Positions 37,621 to 53,099 of a DNA stretch of 64,000 nucleotides are shown one piece after another. This DNA comes from Eledone cirrhosa (lineage: Eukaryota). Under the pieces are notes generated by a model. That model was not told where the DNA came from. It worked only from the letters and a program-made list of their open reading frames with translations, and ran no database searches. The stretch is from assembly GCA_964016885.1 (NCBI GenBank), contig OZ024743.1:347014001-347078000 (forward strand), given 5' to 3'. Position 1 is the first letter of the stretch; every line of letters begins with the position of its first letter. The translations under genes and the position numbers were made by a program.

Positions 37621-39775
37621 TTAACTGTATACTTTGTGAAAAGTCCTATGGAATTTATGCAGGCAGATAGAAAACAAATCTGTACGTCTATTTATTATAG
37701 AATCTAGATTAGAGATAATGGTAAATTTTTCATTTAGGCAGAGATTACAGATTTTAGATAGAGAGCTGTTCAAGTATGAGGATGCAGAAGAAACCTTCTT
37801 CCAAAAGATGGTATATTTAATGTTTTTGTCTTTCAAGGACGATATGAGTTCTGAGAGAGCCGTGTTGGTTCTTTTAAGTTTGTATTTGAAAGATGAATGG
37901 TGATTATAGAGACGAGCTTTAAAAGAGGTGGAAGTGGAGCCAGAATAGGTGAAGGAATTGGTGCTAGTTATAATTTTACATTCATAAATTAAGTTTTTAT
38001 CGAGACAATGGTTGTTGAGAGGACATTTATTTTTAATGCGGCAGTTGCAATTAGAGAGGTTCTTAATGAGTGACCTAGTGTTATCTATAGAAGGAATTGG
38101 ATTGGAGAAGTTGTTTGCGATAGGAATAATAGGAATAATAGTTTCTTGATTTAGAGTTGGATTATGAACATTTAGCGAAGTTGTGTTTGACGTTGTATTT
38201 GGGTTTACAGAAGTTAGCCTAGGGTTTACAATGACGTCGGGAGTACTATTACTGTTATTATGAAATTCAATGTTGGAAGGAAGAGATTTAGTATTTAGTA
38301 TTTTATTGTTGTGTTTAGAGATGATGTTGGAAATATTGGAGGATGTAGAATAAGAAAATTTGATGGTGTGTTTGTTAAATATTTTACTATAGATATGTGA
38401 GGGAGGGAAGCATTTATTTAAGGCACTAAAAAATAATTTAGGAATATTGTTATTAATAGAGATGGAGAAAGGAGCATTATACCAGATTATGTTTTTGTAT
38501 CTAGGTCTTTTATTAAAATTATTGGAATGATCATGATTAATTATTCTACTGTAAGTTTTTCTAGAATTTGTTTCTTTACTATATTTGATTTTATCTGGAT
38601 AGCCGGCTTTAGAAAGTGCGTTATTATAGTAATTGGCGTTAGCATCAAAGATGTTTTTATTAGAAGATATGTTAGATATTCTTTTTCCAATATTACTAAC
38701 TATAGCATTCTTGATATTGAGAGGATGGTTAGATTTAAAGTTAACATAATTTAGGTTCTCATTGTTTTTATCGTAAGGGTAATATAGGCCAGTGTCAAGA
38801 TTAAGAGATACATCCAAGAAATTTGCTAGTTTGATACTATTATCAAATTCAATTTTTAGGTTATGTTGGTTAAAGAGATTACATATATTGTTCTTAATAA
38901 TATTAAGGTTAACTATATTGCAATTTAGGATAGTAAAGAGTCCATCGTCACGATAAATTCCACCTCAAAGTTGAGGAATTTTCCGACTCAAAGTGTTCAA
39001 AATGAAGATACCAATTAAATCAGTCAATTGGGATGAATCGGATGCTCCCATTGTGATGTCGAAGTTGTTAGAGGTATCGGCTCTGGTCCAATATTCGTTG
39101 TTGAACTCTAGGATGGTTTTACGTGCGGTGAGGATGATGTGAAGTTCATCTGTGGTGATGTCAGAATATTTAAGTGCGAAAGATAGAGCATTATTGAGAA
39201 GTGAAGGCGAAATAGAAGAATAGTAGCTGGCAATATCAAATTGAATAAATTTTAGTTTGTTTTTATTATCCAATTTGTTGAACCAGCCAATCACTTCAGA
39301 AGTACCAAAACATAAATTTAGGTTCAAAGAAGAGCAATTAGAACTAACCTGTGGGATAATTCTATCCAAGATGGCTTTACTAACAACCCCCAGATCAGAT
39401 TTAGAGGGGGGCGATTAATCTGACAGGTAGTTCAGTGCGAAAATTGTTTTTGTGATCCTTGAGATTTATCCTTGAGATTTATTCTTGGGAGGAATGGTTC
39501 GGTCTTTTTTTCAATGCCAAGTTTTGACATAATCTCAGAGGCTTCAAGGTTTATGTATTCTAAATTTTCATGGTTGGTTTTACGATACTTTTTCCTAAGT
39601 TCCTTTAAGATAAGGTTGTTATAATTATCCTTGGAAATACCATATAAGTTATTGGTTTTGTCAGAGTGGACTAAAACATTTTTTGAGGAATTTAGGTTAG
39701 AAATTGTGTTCTTGAGATTTACAAGGTGCTCTTGTCCTTTGTAAGGGTATCTCTTGAATTTAAGATTTTTTATTA
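37621..39775 (-). pseudogene. PLE reverse transcriptase + GIY-YIG endonuclease, with frameshift and stop
   Basis: FIQFDIASYYSSI, FDITMGA, IYRDDG, FLDVSLNL, SNHP, IIWYNAPFS, CNCR..CPL..C, LIY..YSGST..FKARLYNH, CNLCLNEK. Confidence 0.9.
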
Positions 39776-39923
39776 TCTCCTCCCCTTTTTCATCCTTTCC
39801 ACCCCCCTCTCTAAATAAAATATTTTTCCCAATATCACACATCAATCTAAACCACTTTTCATATGTTGATTTAAAACTGCACTATCCACAAGTGTTTTTT
39901 ATCCTTCATATCATGTTCTCCTG

Positions 39924-39990
39924 TTTTATCTGATGAAAACACAAATATTATTGCATGATGATGTTTGTTTTTGAAATGCGCATAATAAAA
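39924..39990 (+). ncRNA. PLE pLTR hammerhead (inverted copy)
   Basis: Same motif; palindromic stem III ATGCGCAT. Confidence 0.8.
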
Positions 39991-40117
39991 TACATGGAAC
40001 TCCTTTAACCATCTTTTGATCTTATATTATGTATACTCCAGTCCTACAAACTGTAGAGTGCTTCTTATCCGATATCTGCATTGCTTTATTGTACTACAAT
40101 AAAGCTCACCTCCTACA

Positions 40118-40441
<324 letters not shown>

Positions 40442-40787
40442 TGAAGATATATACATATATACACAAGTATAGACATACATATGAGGGAGTCCAACATTTT
40501 TTAAAATAAATGAATTAATAAGAATTAATTATTTGGAGCATAATAAAAATTATATTTGGGAAACACAAGTAAGGTAAAGAACTATCTATCTATTTACTTA
40601 TATAAAGCTAAGGTGCTTTAATCGTGTCGTTCAGACCACCTGCAGTTTCAACGATTTAACTGAAATTACTGCAAAGAATAGGTGGCTAATAACAACGCAG
40701 AAATAAATATCTTCATTGGTACAATATCTCTCTCTACATATATATATATACATCTTTCTTTATTTGCTTTATTATTTATTCATTATA

Positions 40788-40977
40788 GGGCGGTGGATTG
40801 GCAGTATCGGTAGAGGGTCGGACGCGATGCTTTCCAGCATAGTTACGTCCCTTTACGATCTGAGTTCAAATCCCGCCGAGATTGACTTTGCCTTTCATCC
40901 TTACGGGGTCGATAAGATAAAGTACCAGTAATGCACTGGGTATTTGCTGGCCTTGTGCCTAAAGTAGAAACAATTAT
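40788..40977 (+). mobile_element. Full-length SINE
   Basis: TSD ATTATTTATTCATTATAG. Confidence 0.88.
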
Positions 40978-41287
40978 TTATTCATTATAGACATATATTT
41001 AGAGAGTGGTGGGGATATGAAAATGGAGGAAACAAATGTTGATACAATGATGCTGTTATGTAGAATGTTTTATTCGAGGGCAAGATGTTTCGTGCTTAAA
41101 CCACGTTTGAAAATTTCCACGTGTTTACACATACACTTAGATGAGAAAATGAATATAACATTGCGGCTATGCTCCTGCTTGACCAGTACTAACTGTGGGT
41201 AGAAATAACGATCATGTTGAAATAACCATAAAATCATTGATAAAAGGTACATACTGACACTCACAATCACCCATGGACACACACACA

Positions 41288-41328
<41 letters not shown>

Positions 41329-42069
41329 ACATACACACGCGCACACAAACACACACACACACACAAATACACCTACCCACAAAGGTATATGCATACGCAT
41401 ACTCACATAAACTTCTAATACTCTTCATACATATACATGCAACTTCAAACAAATAGAAATAAGCATACACAAAAATACACACATACATATACGCACACAA
41501 ACAACACGCCCAATCACATATACATACAGCACATATACACACGTAGGGACCTTAAGGGCAGCAGTAGTTTTAATTACACATTTCTAACAAACAATCCGCT
41601 ATTAGAATCAAATTTTCTTCCCACAAAGCACCGGGACCCCCTTCCCTAACCAAGTCTACTTATACCTGCTGGCTGCAATCAAAACTATATTATATAGCCT
41701 CTTAAAGGGTTACCCTTTTCTTTCTGTCTAACGGATTACCTTTCTTTTTCTAATTAGGCCTAAAGCATTAATAATAGGTTGTGTTGTTATTGTTATTAGT
41801 ACTATAGCTGTTGTTAATTTTGTTCTTGGTGTAGTTTGATTATGTTTTGTGTGTATTTCGGGTTTTTAGAAATTTGCGCACAAGCGTAGAAACACAATCA
41901 CACACACTCCAGCCACATACAAATACAAACACACACAAGCACACATATACATCTGAATCAAATGTGACACCTACAGAACAGATACGTAATGGTGCAAATC
42001 TACTCTCATATACACACAAAATTGTATGTATGCAAATTTGTAATCTCTGACTTCGCTGAAGAATATTTA

Positions 42070-42166
<97 letters not shown>

Positions 42167-42340
42167 CATATATAGATAGATCGATAGAAAGTAAGAGAAG
42201 GTAGAGAATTGTAAATGATAAAATGATAGTATGGAATTGCCGAGTTCTTACCTCAAATCGTGTGTACAATATATAGATTTGAAACATGTGTAATGGAATA
42301 AATATGGTTTTTTGAATGACAGAACTTGATTTTTCAATCA

Positions 42341-42411
<71 letters not shown>

Positions 42412-42728
42412 GAGTTATAAACTCAAATAGTCTTTTACAATTAAATAGCTCAAAGAAAGGAATATTTCTGAGCCGTGTAATACAAATGAATATAGTATAG
42501 GGATAAACACTGGTACAAGTATACATGTGTTTGCAATGCAAATGACCAATACATATATATAAACGGAAAAAATGAAACGAAATTTCATTTCCCACTCTTA
42601 GTACGGCTGTTACTTAAATATAAGTATGTACACGTACATACATATATGTATACAGACGTACAGTAGTATGTATATATATATACATACATGCACACACATA
42701 TATATATATGTACGTATGGATTCACCGA

Positions 42729-43383
<655 letters not shown>

Positions 43384-43792
43384 GTGCGTGTGTATGTGTG
43401 TGTGTGCGCGTGTGTGTGTGTGTGTGCGTGTGCGTGCGCGCGTGTGTGTGTATTTAAAAGGTAAACAGAAATAACAACAGAATAGGTACAGTATATGGAA
43501 GGAATATATTAAGTTGACGCTTGAAATAGCTTAAAGAGAGCCCTAACTTTCCGTACGCTAGTCCTTCATCAGAAGGAAGAATGTGAAATTAGAAAGATTG
43601 AACAGACGGGCGGGGTGGAATTGGAAATATATATATATATGTATATATATACTTTCATACATACATATCTGTATGATTGTGTGTATGAATGTGTGAATAT
43701 GCGTATGTATGTATGTATGCATGTATGTAGTATGTATGTATGTATGTATGTATGTATGTATGTATGTATGTATGTATGTATGTATGTATATG

Positions 43793-44300
43793 TTCTTCTG
43801 GTTTTATAATTTCACAAAGTTTTACCAATAGAGAGAGAGTCGGTTTCTAACATAGACACAAGACTCTCTCATTGGAATTTACACAACATCAACTAGGTAG
43901 ATATGTATGTATGCATGCATGTGTAGATATGGATGTTATTGTATGTGTGGATGTGGATGTTTTGAGTTGTATGTGTGCATGTGTATATGCTTTGTATCTG
44001 TACATGTGTATATGCAGTTATTAGATGCAACATTTTTGGAATGTTTTACATATTTTTACTGTTCCATTAATGGATTGTACTTGTAGTTTCCTAACTAGTG
44101 TTCTTTCTGTTCCTGTGCAGCCTAGCTTCTCAAGATTTGTATTGAGGCAGTTACTTACATATCCCAGTGCCCCAATAATCACAGTCATAAATCTGAAGGT
44201 GTAATTAGGGTGGAGTATCTGCAGATTTCTCATCAGTTCTGCATAAATATTCTCCTTTTCACTAATCTTTGATATTATATTGGCATCTGCTGGGCAGCTA
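43793..44300 (-). mobile_element. Short 5'-truncated R4/Dong family B copy inside (TATG)n
   Basis: Homologous to 60557-61068. Encodes MRNLQILHPNYTFRFMTVIIGALG. TATG repeats on both sides. Confidence 0.9.
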
Positions 44301-46394
44301 TTATGTATGTATGTGTGTATGTATGTGTTTGTGTTATATTTTTGATAGCTATGTGTTCAATGTTGATGTATTTGTTATTAAAGTGTTTTCGAATTTGTTT
44401 ATTAGTTCTTTAAATTCTATATCCATACGTTTTGTATCATTTCCATCCTCATCGTCCAACTAAAAAGTACGAGAAGCTGTTTTGTACCATATCATAATCT
44501 TTGGATACTTTTAAAATATGTTATAGAATGTGTTAGTTATGTGAGTCGTTTACAGCTTTTAATTGTACAAGCTGATTACAAGAGACTATTTTTGCCTTGG
44601 TATTCTTATCTGCAAGCACTATCACCTTCAAGTTGCCATTTGAACTAGTGTACTGATCGTCCGCTTATTCACCATATTTATAGCTAAAACAGGCACTGAA
44701 ATTGCTTCTAACCAAACCAGGATTTTATCACAATCCACTGGTAGAAATAGAAGCCAAATTTCTCTCAAACTACAGCCAATCCTATTTCACAATGCACCTA
44801 AGAACATGATAGGCATATGAGAAATGTTTTTGTTCATAGGTCTGCAGAATCAATGCGAAGGATGACATAAGAACGTGTCAGTTATCATCTACTACGGCAT
44901 AACACTAACTTGACGATTTGGTATGCAATTTGGTATATAGAAAGAGATGAAGGGTACTTATTGCCAATATGACTAATATAACGCAGTACTATTCACTATT
45001 TTATTTTCTAAATCTTTTATTTTCCTGTGCCGTTGCAACTTCTGTCTGTTATCCAAGTTCTAATCTATTTAATTACATGACCTTTATTACTGTGAATTTC
45101 AGGCTCGTCGCGGGAATAATGTCTTTCGTGGTTGACACATCTCACCAAATGTGACATCTTATACAAAATAGAGGTGAAAACTAGAATCTAAATAATATAA
45201 ATCACCGAAATGACAGATGTAGAATTCAGTGCAGTGCTTAAAGGCCTATACCTTTTCTTTCTCAATACATAGCGAAATCAATATAATAAAGATATCTTCC
45301 AATTGTGTCATCATATATATTTTAAGTTTGTTATAAAGGGATATTTACTTAATGATCTTATTAGGTGCAAGTGTGTAGAGGTACCACAGGAAATGTAACT
45401 TTAATTAGTTTATCTTAGGGAGAAATACGGCAAAATGGCAGTTATAAGTCAGTAGAGGCTCAACCCGTTCCGAGTTATAGTCCCGTCGAAGTCAATTTCG
45501 CCTTTCATACTATAGGTTTCAGTAAAATCTTAGCAATCTCGTGATAAGAGACTGACGGAACTGTTAAAATTCGGAGAGAACGTCTAACAATATCTGTCCC
45601 CGGTCTGTGAGTCACGAGTTCGATTCCAGCATCTGCGATCACCAGATAGTATCAGCATCGGAAAAATGTATTGAACTTTAATTTTCTTGAATCATTTAAA
45701 AAAACCGACGATTTTCTGACCAATAATTGCTAACAAGGTAAACATCAATGCCGATCTGCTCTCTATTCCTATAAACTCTGCACAGTAAGACTTTTAAAAT
45801 AATTAAAAAGATACTGGGTACGGCATTCACAGTCTCTTTAATAACGAATAGATAGATGCCGTTAATGAACTGCTTAATGTATTGCAAATTCGTTCTTTTT
45901 CAGACGATAACTGCAACGAGGGATTTCCAGACGGTCGACGTTTTGGAAGGAAATATTCGGAGTACTGATTAGTGCGGGACTTAGGGAATTGTATAAAATA
46001 TGTATGATGAAATGAGTATTATATATATATATATATATACAGACTGAAAGGGGAAATAATTTGAATGACCAACAACATTTCACTCGTTTGTTCCCTATGT
46101 TCTCTGATTCAGCCATCCACATATAATATATATTGTACTAACATTGAATCTAAGCATGTGAATAACAATGAGTTATGTAGAGAAACCCATAATTTAGAAG
46201 AAATATAATACTTTTCTTCAAATACAGCAGTTCATTTGTATGCAGCAAAGATTCCTTCCTGCCTGTTATAATACGAACGCTTGGTAGTCAACATAAATTA
46301 CAACTAATATAATAGAGAAAAGATTATGGAGGTATTTATAGAAATACTGACAGAAAAAGGGTTTTACTTACCATTATTATTATTATTAAACAGA

Positions 46395-46770
46395 GGGTGG
46401 TGGATTGGCAGTATCAGTAGAGGGTCGGACGCCATGCTTTCCAGCATAGTTACGTCCCTTTACGATCTGAGTTCAAATCCCGCCGAGGTTGACTTTGCCT
46501 TTCATCCTTACGGGGTCGATAAAATAAAGTACCAGTAATGCACTGGGTAATTGCTGGCCTTGTGCCTAAAGTAGAAACAATTATTATTATTATTGGCAGT
46601 ATCGCTAGAGAGTCGGACACCATGCTTTGACGCATAGAGTTACGGCTCTTGCCATTCTGAGTTCAAATCCCGCCGAGGTTAACTTTGCCTTTCATCCTTA
46701 CGGGGTCGATAAAATAAAGTACCAGTAATACACTGGGTAATTGCTGGACTTGTACTTAATGTAGAAATAA
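46395..46770 (+). mobile_element. Two tandem SINE copies embedded in (ATT)n
   Basis: (ATT)n lies before, between and after the copies. Confidence 0.88.
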
Positions 46771-47256
46771 TAATAATAATAATAATAATTATTATTATTA
46801 TTATTATTGGCGACCTACGTAGTAAATCGTATCATCGTGAGCTCCGCAAAGGTTTGTTATTTTCAGTTGTTTAAAATTGCCATTTATGGAAATTTTTTAT
46901 TGTTAACGTGCACATACATTGATTTCTGAAAAGGACACTCAAAAATATTGGGGCCTTGAGTCCAAAATTTAAACTTGTTATAATTATCAAACTAAAATTT
47001 TTCTTTGAAAAATCATGGATGACTCAAGGTCACTCCTTCCTCACAAACTAACACCTCACACCGACACCACCATTGTAAATATTGCTACATTTGCCAACAC
47101 TTGAAATGTAAGCAGTAGCAATATTTTAAATTTGTTTCAGGCAGACGTTCATTTCCCGCCATTACCATTGACTGCAGATGTAAAGCCGCCACCCCCACCA
47201 CCACCACAGCGACAACAGAAACAAAAGAAAAAAATAAATTATCTCGTGATATCGAA

Positions 47257-50200
47257 ATGAATTCAACCAAAATGAACTCTTCCACACCGAACACCACTGA
47301 CGCCACCACCACCACAACTGAAACTAAAATTAACAATAACAAAAATAACGATAACAACAACACCAACAATGAAATTAAGAAAACTACCCTGAGTTTTGCT
47401 AGAGTAGCAAAAACGTGCGAAGCGATCCAGGTAAATCAGGAGGAATTAGAAGAAGCCAAAGGAATTCGTAAAGAAAGATGGGTACAGGGTCAGCCCCCCC
47501 CCCCCCACACACACACACACCTAATAAAATGGACCATTGTCGCCTATGCACCGTGTCTTATCGGACAATTAACATAAAATCGCGCCGAGTGGAACGGGCA
47601 TCCGAGTCCCAAATCCAAAAAGCTTTGGGACATGTGTGGGCAAAAAAAACCCACATCAGACGTGGGCAGAAATATGGAACCGTGGACGTGTTCTTTGAAA
47701 CACCACAGGAGGCCAGAGAACACTCCGTGGCCCCATTAAGAAGTGACGACTTCACACTCGTCCCAAGCTATTGTGGTCAGAGACTTGTGAAGATCAGGGT
47801 GACCCACGTTCCACCGGCCATCGAAATTCCCTGGCTAATGGCTGCCGTCCTCGCCGGCATCGAGGCCAACACCAAGATAATTGAAATAGCGAAAGAAAAG
47901 CAGGAGAACTGGTGTGAATCTGGGATGGAGCTCCTGATCCAAGCGGACCATAAAAGCATTGAGGAGATCCCAGAGGTAATAGACCTCAATGACGGCAACC
48001 ACCTCACCGTAATCGTCGAGGGCAGAAGGCCTAGGTGTGTAGCAGCAACAATAGAAGCAACAACTGTAGCAGCAACAATAGAAGCTACTGTAACAGCAAC
48101 AAACCCAGCAACAGTAGCAAAACCAACACCACCACCACCCATCGCGCCAGAACTAGCACCAGTGCCTACACCATCCACCACGCCACAACCAAAACGCCTG
48201 TGGAGGATTTACCACTCCCCGGCTTATCGCAACTGGTGACAGATTGTGACGACGAGGAGTGGGAAACGGTATCCGGAAAAAAGAAAAAAAGAAACCAAAA
48301 AAGAAAGAATTCTCTTCCTTCCCTCTTCAAAAACAAAATACAGAGGGAAACAAATAAATTAACAAACAAAAAAGTTAGGACAGATATGGCACCATCCACA
48401 CCAGCATCACCAACCCCATCACCACAAACACCAACACCATCACCATCATTAACCCCAACACCACCACCACCAACACCACAAAAGTCACCAAAAAGCGTAA
48501 CAGAAACAAACCCACAACAAACGCAACCAAAACAAAATAACAAACACATACACACTACACAGCATTAAATTTGAACAAAAACCAATTATTACACTACATG
48601 CAACACAACACCAGCATCACAGAAAAAGACTACACAACAACCCAAAAGTTCACACCACCTCCACACATACAAATCACTCGCATCACACAGAAAACGTACA
48701 CGACACTAAAACAAAAATTCCCCATAGACATCGGAGACTTCCGACAAACACTCTCCAGGAGGATTTATAAGGACATCCTTCCGGAGGAGGCCACAAGCAG
48801 TGAAAAGGATGGAAAACCATCCTTCCTCTACGTGAAGTAAGGTAAGTGGTCTTTCCCATCTTTTCCACTCCATTTCAACATGACCTCACTCAGAATAGGC
48901 AGCATAAATGCGCGTGGCTTGGGGACGTCATGGAAGCACGGCCACCTGTTCAACGACCTCAGGTCACTAAACATAGATGTAGTGGCCATCAGCGAGACCA
49001 GAATCTCCGAAGCACGGGCCTTCGCACCGACTTCGGCAGCTACGATCTGTACGCCTCTCCCAGCCGTCCGGGATCGGGGGGAGGAGTTGCTGTGCTTTTT
49101 CGGAGAGGTTTGGATCTCGCCATACGGGCCATCTTCATGGACCTAGAAGGTAAGTTGGTGATGCTAGACGTGACCAGCGGAGACCGGCAAGCTTTCAGGC
49201 TAGTGGCCGTCTATGTCCCGACAGGAGCAGGGCGGCCTGATTTCTTCCGGAGTCTGGAGACCTTTCTTGGAACGTCCCGCTCTTTAGTGTTAGTGGGCGA
49301 CTGGAACGGGATCTTAGATGCACGCTGGGACTGTGTGGGATTAGCGGATAGAGTAGGAGGGTTCAAGAACCTCACCAACCGGCTCAGACGTTTTGAACTG
49401 TCTGACAGGTACCGATTGGATTTCCCGAATGTGCCAATGTGGACTTGGACAAATCGTGTAGGGTCATCCAGATCATATCTAGATAGAGTATTTTGTAGAG
49501 AAATAGATAGGTGTAGCATTGGCTGTTCACAATTCAAGATAGTCAGCTACACGGACCACAAATTCGTGATCTGTGCTTGACTTAGATAGGCTTCATAGAC
49601 GAGAACCTGGCTACTGGAAGCTAAACGCGTCCTTACCAGCGCGCAAGGCCTACAGAGACCGGATTAGCGAACTAGTTAAGCGGGCGTTGACGGGGGCCAT
49701 GGTCAACAACAAGTGGTGGTTTGCTCTGAAAAGAGAAATTAGAATAGAGTCCATTAGCTTTAGTAAGGCTTTAGCAATAGAGAAAAATAGAGCAGAGGGA
49801 GAATTAGTTAGAAAATTAGACGAGGCGCTTTGCACAGGCATCGCGACCGACGTACCTGCGGCGAAATTGGCCCTTGACCAATTCTTCAATGCAAAGCACG
49901 AAGGCTGCGTTCTCAGAGCTAGGGTGCGTGCTCTCAGACACGAGGGGACGAAAGCTGTTCAATGGGCCCGAGTAGCGGAGGCGCGTCGTGGCAACAAAGC
50001 CACGATCCGGTCTTTGGTGGACCACGACGGGCGCATGCTACTCGATCCCGGGCAAATGTGTGAAGCTTTTCAGCGATACTTCGCTTAGTTGTTCGGGGGC
50101 AGCGGCGGGCCGGATCGACGGATGGACTATAGTGTCTACCTCGACGGACTGCCGCGGCTCTCGGCCACTGAGGCGGAGTGTTGCGAAAAGCCGATAACAG

Positions 50201-51306
50201 CCGCTGAAGTACGGGAGGCAATGACTAGCTGCACAAGGGTCAAATCACCTGGTTTGGATGGTCTGGCCTATGAACTTTACGTACAGATGCCAGACTTGTT
50301 CGGAGGCCTCTTGGTGGACGTCTACTGCAACTGCCAACAGAACAGGAGAATTCCCAGCTCTTTGAGCCGAGGAGCGGTGGCGCTGCTGAGAAAGGATCCG
50401 AACAAGAGGGATAACATAGATAATTTTAGGCCCATGACCCTTCTAAACACAGAGTTCAAGATTTTGACCAAGGTACTATCAAAGAGGTTGGCGCTTGTCG
50501 TCCGTGGTCTGTTGGGAGAGGCGCAGACATGCGCCATTCCCGACAGATCCATTCACGACAACCTCCACCTCATGCGATACATCGTAGAGAGGGTAGCTAG
50601 GGAACCTGGCACGGGTGGGTCCTTGATCAATTTAGATCAGTCGAAATCTTTCGATAGGATCGACCATCGTTACCTTGCAGCAGTCCTGAGGGCGGCTGGC
50701 TTTAGGCCCGTCTTCATAGGCTCGATCGCTGCCATGCACAGCGACATCTGCTCTGTGGTGAGAGTGAACGGTCACCTTTGGGAACCGTTCAACATCATGC
50801 ACTCAGTCCGCCAAGGATATCCCCTCTCGACCCTCTTGTACGTATTGACTCTCGAGCCATTACCGCACAAACTGGAGACGTTGAGGGGGTCCCGCGCGAA
50901 CTAGGATGCGGAAGATCGGTGTCAGCATATGCGGACGATGTCACCGTAGTGGTGTCGAACGCCAAACACATCGAGGCGATCGGCACTACACTAAGAGAAT
51001 ACGAAGCGGTGACAGGAGCAATGATCAACCAGGAAAGTCAGCGGGCTTGCAGCTCGGCACCTGCAGAGGCAGGTCCATGACGTCCAACAGCGTCGTCAGG
51101 CGCTGGACGGACGGACCGGTTAAATTGCTAGGGGTCTGGTTCGGTCCGGACCTCCAGACGGACAAAAACTGGGGCGAGGTGACGAGCAGGGTGGCTTCTC
51201 TCACCCAGAAATGAGCGGAGAGGAAGCTATCCCTGAAGGGTCGAGCGGAGGTGGCTAACGCGTACATCGCGTCCGTCATCTACTACCGCCTGACCGTCGT
51301 ACCTTG
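47257..51306 (+). mobile_element. Tx1/L1-clade LINE, frameshifted, 3' truncated
   Basis: Broken ORF1 (47257-48840). ORF2 from ATG 48880 with APE motifs (GSINARGL, ISET, LVGDWN, SYLDR, TDHK), GYWKLN, and RT motifs (KSPGLDG, NFRPMTLLN, DQSKSFDR, RQGYPLS, AYADD). Confidence 0.9.
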
Positions 51307-51429
51307 TCTTACGGAGTCGATAAAATAAGGCACCAGTAATGCACTTGGGTCGATTTAATCTAATTCCCCCACCCCCAAAATTGCTGGCCTTGTGCTTAAT
51401 TTAGAAACCATTATTATTATTATTCGTAA

Positions 51430-52900
51430 CGCTTTTGTTCTGGCAGATGTTATACCTACACTATACCAAAAACGCGAACCATAGCCAATGGCCTAAAGTC
51501 CTTTGAATGATTCCTTTTCCTTCAACTTTCCAACACCCTCCTTAGAATACTTTCTGTTGCTAGCTAGCCTGTTTTCTGTAATAATCCTGTCCTGATGGTA
51601 AATACTATTTTCTCAAGCCATGCATCCAAACTTCTACTGACGGCTCCCAGTGCGCCAACCACTTCTACGCATCTGAATCTCCCCAATTTACCGATTTCTC
51701 TCTTCTTAAATGTTCCCCCTTTCCTTCTCATTCACCCTGCGGTCTTTATTCTTCTTTGCCTACCACAACAATGTCAGGCATTCTAGCCACGATGAAATGG
51801 TCGCACTGGATGGTCATTTCCCACAATATTTTATACTTTTGATTTTCAGCCACCCTTTCCGATTGGTGCACATACCATTTCTCATTTTTGCACATGTCTT
51901 ACTTATGACAGAATTTCCAATGAACGAATCTGGCAATATTGTCGTGCCTTCTCTTTTATTCTTTCTACGGAAGAACCTTAAATTCACTAATAAAGTGGTT
52001 TATTGTCTCACATTTTTCGCAACACTGCCTGTGGGGAATTCACTGACTTGTCAATATTGAACTTGATATAATTCGTTTTCAGTGCCTCAAACTGGGCTGC
52101 AAAATTAAGGGCCACATTACAGATTTTAAGTCACTTTTCCTAGTTCATTCCCAGTTCCTATATTTTTTAAATGACTCAGTCATTCCACGTATGAATTGAC
52201 CATACATATTTTTTCCGTCCATCTATTTAAGGTGTAATTCTGTCTGTCTTGTTTAAATTCTCCCTTTTCCTTTGTTTCATCACTGTTTAGTTCCTTTGTT
52301 TCTTATACTTGCCATCAATCTCTCTTTTGAATTCTTTGCATAACATGCCAGATTATATTCCTTCCACTTCACACACATTTCACAGCTAATGAGACCTCTT
52401 CGTTCTCTCTGTCACGGTATATATGACCTGTCCTCGTCAATTCTAGCGTGTAGACACCCTTTTATTATCCTAATTTTCTTGTTTTGTCTCTATCAAGTTC
52501 CTTAAGTTCATCACCACTCCACTCTGCCCCCTGATTTATAGATGTCTAATATATCAGCAATCTTCTGTCTGTCTTTTGCTGATATGTACTTCAGTTTATC
52601 AATGTTAATATCACCTTCATCATCATCTCGAATATTCAGTTCCTCTTCTTCATGTTGGATTCCATCATTTTCCATACTCTTATCTCTATTTGAATCGCCA
52701 AAATCCCGACTTTCTCTATTCTCCATACTCTCCAGGCTTATCTTTTTCTCTATCCCCTCAATCTCAATCTCAGGTAGCCATCTGTTTCTTGCGTATTGTC
52801 CTTACCTGATCACAAATCCTCTTTTCATTTATTTCAAAGATCCCCCCCATCTTCTGACATACTCGTAACAACCTTTTTCTATATCCTCTAATTGGCACAC
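51430..52900 (-). pseudogene. Very old R4/Dong-like N-terminal remnant
   Basis: Degenerate equivalents of NYRPI (DFRPL) and the WK.PG.D...W region; strongly strand-biased composition. Confidence 0.4.
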
Positions 52901-53099
52901 CGTGTTCATTCACAGGCCTGCTTCTAAAATAACACTCAACAACAGCTTTGTTTATCTCCTTACCTCACTCTATTCTGGCTGTCTCATGATGACGACCCTG
53001 CCTGTGCTGCCTAAGAAAAGGGCACCTTCCGAACGAGGTACTTTCATTAATAGCTCCAACACCATTCACGTCTTTGTGTAAACAAATGTTTTGATTTAT

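Larger units (their letters stand above)
36485..40115 (-). mobile_element. Penelope-like element (probably Nematis-type), 5'-truncated, with inverted pLTR
   Basis: RT + GIY-YIG ORF. 36485-36738 is inverted at 39775-40030. An HHR sits in each pLTR. AATAAA near 40098. (TA)n flanks. Confidence 0.9.

Noticed and set aside
39432-39845. ORF start MMCDIGKN as the PLE N-terminus
   Set aside because: The first ~23 codons come from the inverted pLTR read antisense, so the ORF is a chimera at the truncation junction.
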